16,840 nt of DNA, taken from the NCBI GenBank assembly GCA_049684795.1, contig JBAVGL010000491.1:1-16840 (forward strand). The letters run 5' to 3'. Below, piece after piece: positions 15,497 through 16,840 of this stretch; the first letter of the stretch is position 1; every line of letters starts with the position of its first letter. Source of the stretch: Chitinivibrionales bacterium (GTDB lineage Bacteria > Fibrobacterota > Chitinivibrionia > Chitinivibrionales > FEN-1185). Below the pieces are notes generated by a model. The model had not been told where the DNA came from. It saw only the letters and a program-made list of their open reading frames with translations, and made no database searches. The translations under genes and the position numbers were made by a program.

Positions 15497-15578
15497 AATA
15501 GCATCGTTTACCCTCCTCGCACTTGGTGTTGTTCTTCTTACCGTTATGTTAAACTCATTCTTATGGAATTTGCTCTAA
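15489..15578 (+). CDS. 29-aa single-TM hydrophobic peptide (MIKIASFTLLALGVVLLTVMLNSFLWNLL), not in the supplied ORF track
   Basis: Its ATG overlaps the upstream stop. It has an identical GGGGA-N8-ATG RBS arrangement to the upstream ORF and a near-pure hydrophobic helix of TM length. Confidence 0.4.
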   Translation: MIKIASFTLLALGVVLLTVMLNSFLWNLL

Positions 15579-15620
15579 AACATGGGAGCGTAAGATTTAC
15601 GAACATCAGATGATGAAACC

Positions 15621-15865
15621 GTGAGATACTTTTTTGAATTAAAAATACTTCTACTGATGTATTTAGTTTTCTGGATTAATCAACCCTCCGTTGCGCAACA
15701 AACCCCCGTTGCGATTGATTCATCTAAAGTATATCGGGACATCGAGACATATTCCAATAAAAGCAAGTTCACTAAATTCATGTATAGGCTGGTTTTTAAA
15801 CCCGCTTCCAGGGCGTCTAAAAAAAGACGTCCAAAATTACCGCAATCGCCGTATCGAAATTTTGA
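15621..15865 (+). other. Signal-peptide-bearing N-terminal reading frame (MRYFFELKILLLMYLVFWINQPSVAQQ…), probably the detached 5' part of the downstream beta-barrel gene (frameshift)
   Basis: It has a clear signal peptide but continues out of frame with the 15878-16717 ORF, which lacks one. Poly-A7 at 15819-15825 and other short homopolymers lie in the junction zone. Confidence 0.4.
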
Positions 15866-15877
15866 GGGAACGCCGTT

Positions 15878-16717
15878 ATGGCCGCGCGTTATTTACGCAT
15901 CAGATATCTTGAAAAGCCAATTGAAATGTTTGATTCATTGCACAGATATTCCGATGAAGATTTTTATCTGGCGGGCGTGGGAATTTCAACGCGGAAGTAC
16001 TTTAAGGACAACTACATTTATAATTTTGGAGTTGTGGAGGACGTTCCCGTGGGAAAAGTGTGCGGAATAACCGGCGGTTACCAATTAAGAAATAATATCG
16101 GCCGCGCGTATGCGGGGGCCCGCCTCTCCTTTGGCGATTATAGTGATTGGGGATATTTAAGCACTTCCTTTGAATATGGGACCTTCTTTCATGGACGCCG
16201 TTTGGAACAAGGCGTTTTTTCGGCGAACGCGAATTATTTCAGCGATTTATATAAAATCGGGAGCTGGAGGATTAGGCAGTTTATAAAACCCCAGGTCACG
16301 GTGGGAATGAACAGGTTTCCCTACGATAGCTTGACCATCAATAATGAGAATGGAATACGGGGTTTCAGCGGCTCTTCGTGGGGAACAAAAAAAATTGTTT
16401 TAACCTTCCAGACCCAATCGTACGCTCCATGGAATGTATTTGGTTTCAGGTTCGGCCCGTATTTAAATTGTTCGCTTGGCAGCCTCGGCACCGCACCATC
16501 AGGATTTAAAAACAGCCCAGTGTATTCACAGCTCGGTTTAGGGGCGTTAATCAACAATAAATATTTGGTTTTAAGCGACTTTCAATTCTCCATCGCATAT
16601 TATCCGTCAATCCCTGGAAAAGGATATAACGTAATCAAATTAAATTCATATAGGACGACCGATTTTGGCTTTAATGATTTTGTTTTCGGAAAACCTGAAA
16701 TAGCGGCTTTTCAATAA
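15878..16717 (+). CDS. Outer-membrane beta-barrel protein (beta-strand-rich, aromatic C-terminus …IAAFQ); N-terminus probably supplied by the 15621 frame
   Basis: Alternating hydrophobic/aromatic beta-strand pattern throughout (YLSTSFEYGTFF, VLTFQTQSYAPWNVFGFRFGPY, LSDFQFSIAYYP) and a C-terminal F-containing terminus. There is no own signal peptide. Confidence 0.6.
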   Translation: MAARYLRIRYLEKPIEMFDSLHRYSDEDFYLAGVGISTRKYFKDNYIYNFGVVEDVPVGKVCGITGGYQLRNNIGRAYAGARLSFGDYSDWGYLSTSFEYGTFFHGRRLEQGVFSANANYFSDLYKIGSWRIRQFIKPQVTVGMNRFPYDSLTINNENGIRGFSGSSWGTKKIVLTFQTQSYAPWNVFGFRFGPYLNCSLGSLGTAPSGFKNSPVYSQLGLGALINNKYLVLSDFQFSIAYYPSIPGKGYNVIKLNSYRTTDFGFNDFVFGKPEIAAFQ

Positions 16718-16719
16718 AA

Positions 16720-16840
16720 ATGAATGAAGAAAGTACACAAAAACAAGGGCTTTTAAATCGCTTGGGCAAAATTCGGCTATTACTCTATGCCGGTATTTTA
16801 TTTGTTCTGCTATTTTTTTGTGCCGTGCTTGGGATATCGC
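16720..16840 (+). CDS. 5' end of a membrane-anchored protein (MNEESTQKQGLLNRLGKIRLLLYAGILFVLLFFCAVLGIS…) running off the window
   Basis: ATG 2 nt after the OMP stop. A short cytoplasmic N-terminus is followed by a TM helix. Following an OMP gene, a TamB/AsmA-like anchor is possible but not demonstrable from 40 residues. Confidence 0.4.
   Translation, partial: MNEESTQKQGLLNRLGKIRLLLYAGILFVLLFFCAVLGIS

Noticed and set aside
1-16840. CRISPR arrays, tRNA/rRNA genes, transposases or integrases, toxin-antitoxin or known defence-system genes
   Set aside because: No regularly spaced direct repeats of 28-37 bp with unique spacers, no cloverleaf-like tRNA candidates spotted in intergenic regions, and none of the proteins carry recognisable transposase, integrase, nuclease-ATPase defence or TA signatures. 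The only repeats are the palindromic intergenic element described in findings.

Overview
This 16.8 kb window looks like a chromosomal housekeeping and stress region of a Gram-negative bacterium, with roughly 55% GC across most of it. I found no CRISPR array, transposase, integrase, phage gene or recognisable defence system. A long co-directional (+) run encodes an SPFH/band-7 protein with a small secreted beta-rich partner. It continues with a CbpA-type J-domain co-chaperone, an RNB-family exoribonuclease and a tandem PRC-barrel protein whose stop overlaps the start of GrpE. Next come an EEP-family nuclease/phosphatase and a cardiolipin synthase (the E. coli ybhP-clsB arrangement), a phasin-like protein with a UbiB/ABC1 kinase, an MgtA-type Mg2+ P-type ATPase, and a cobalamin-binding radical-SAM enzyme with a DUF4070-type tail. 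A convergent AI-2E transporter lies on the minus strand. The AT-rich 3' end (~40% GC) holds a translationally coupled pair of tiny ORFs, an apparently frameshifted outer-membrane beta-barrel gene and the start of a membrane-anchored protein.

The most unusual signal is non-coding. A structured intergenic element recurs three times, always immediately 3' of a + strand gene: a small hairpin (CCRCC-N3-4-GGYGG) followed by ATAAG. In two copies this is followed by a 56-nt imperfect palindrome that is 55/56 identical between copies. Those two full copies bracket the phasin-ubiB pair, and the second occupies the short mgtA leader. All calls come from reading the sequence and from family knowledge; no database search was run.
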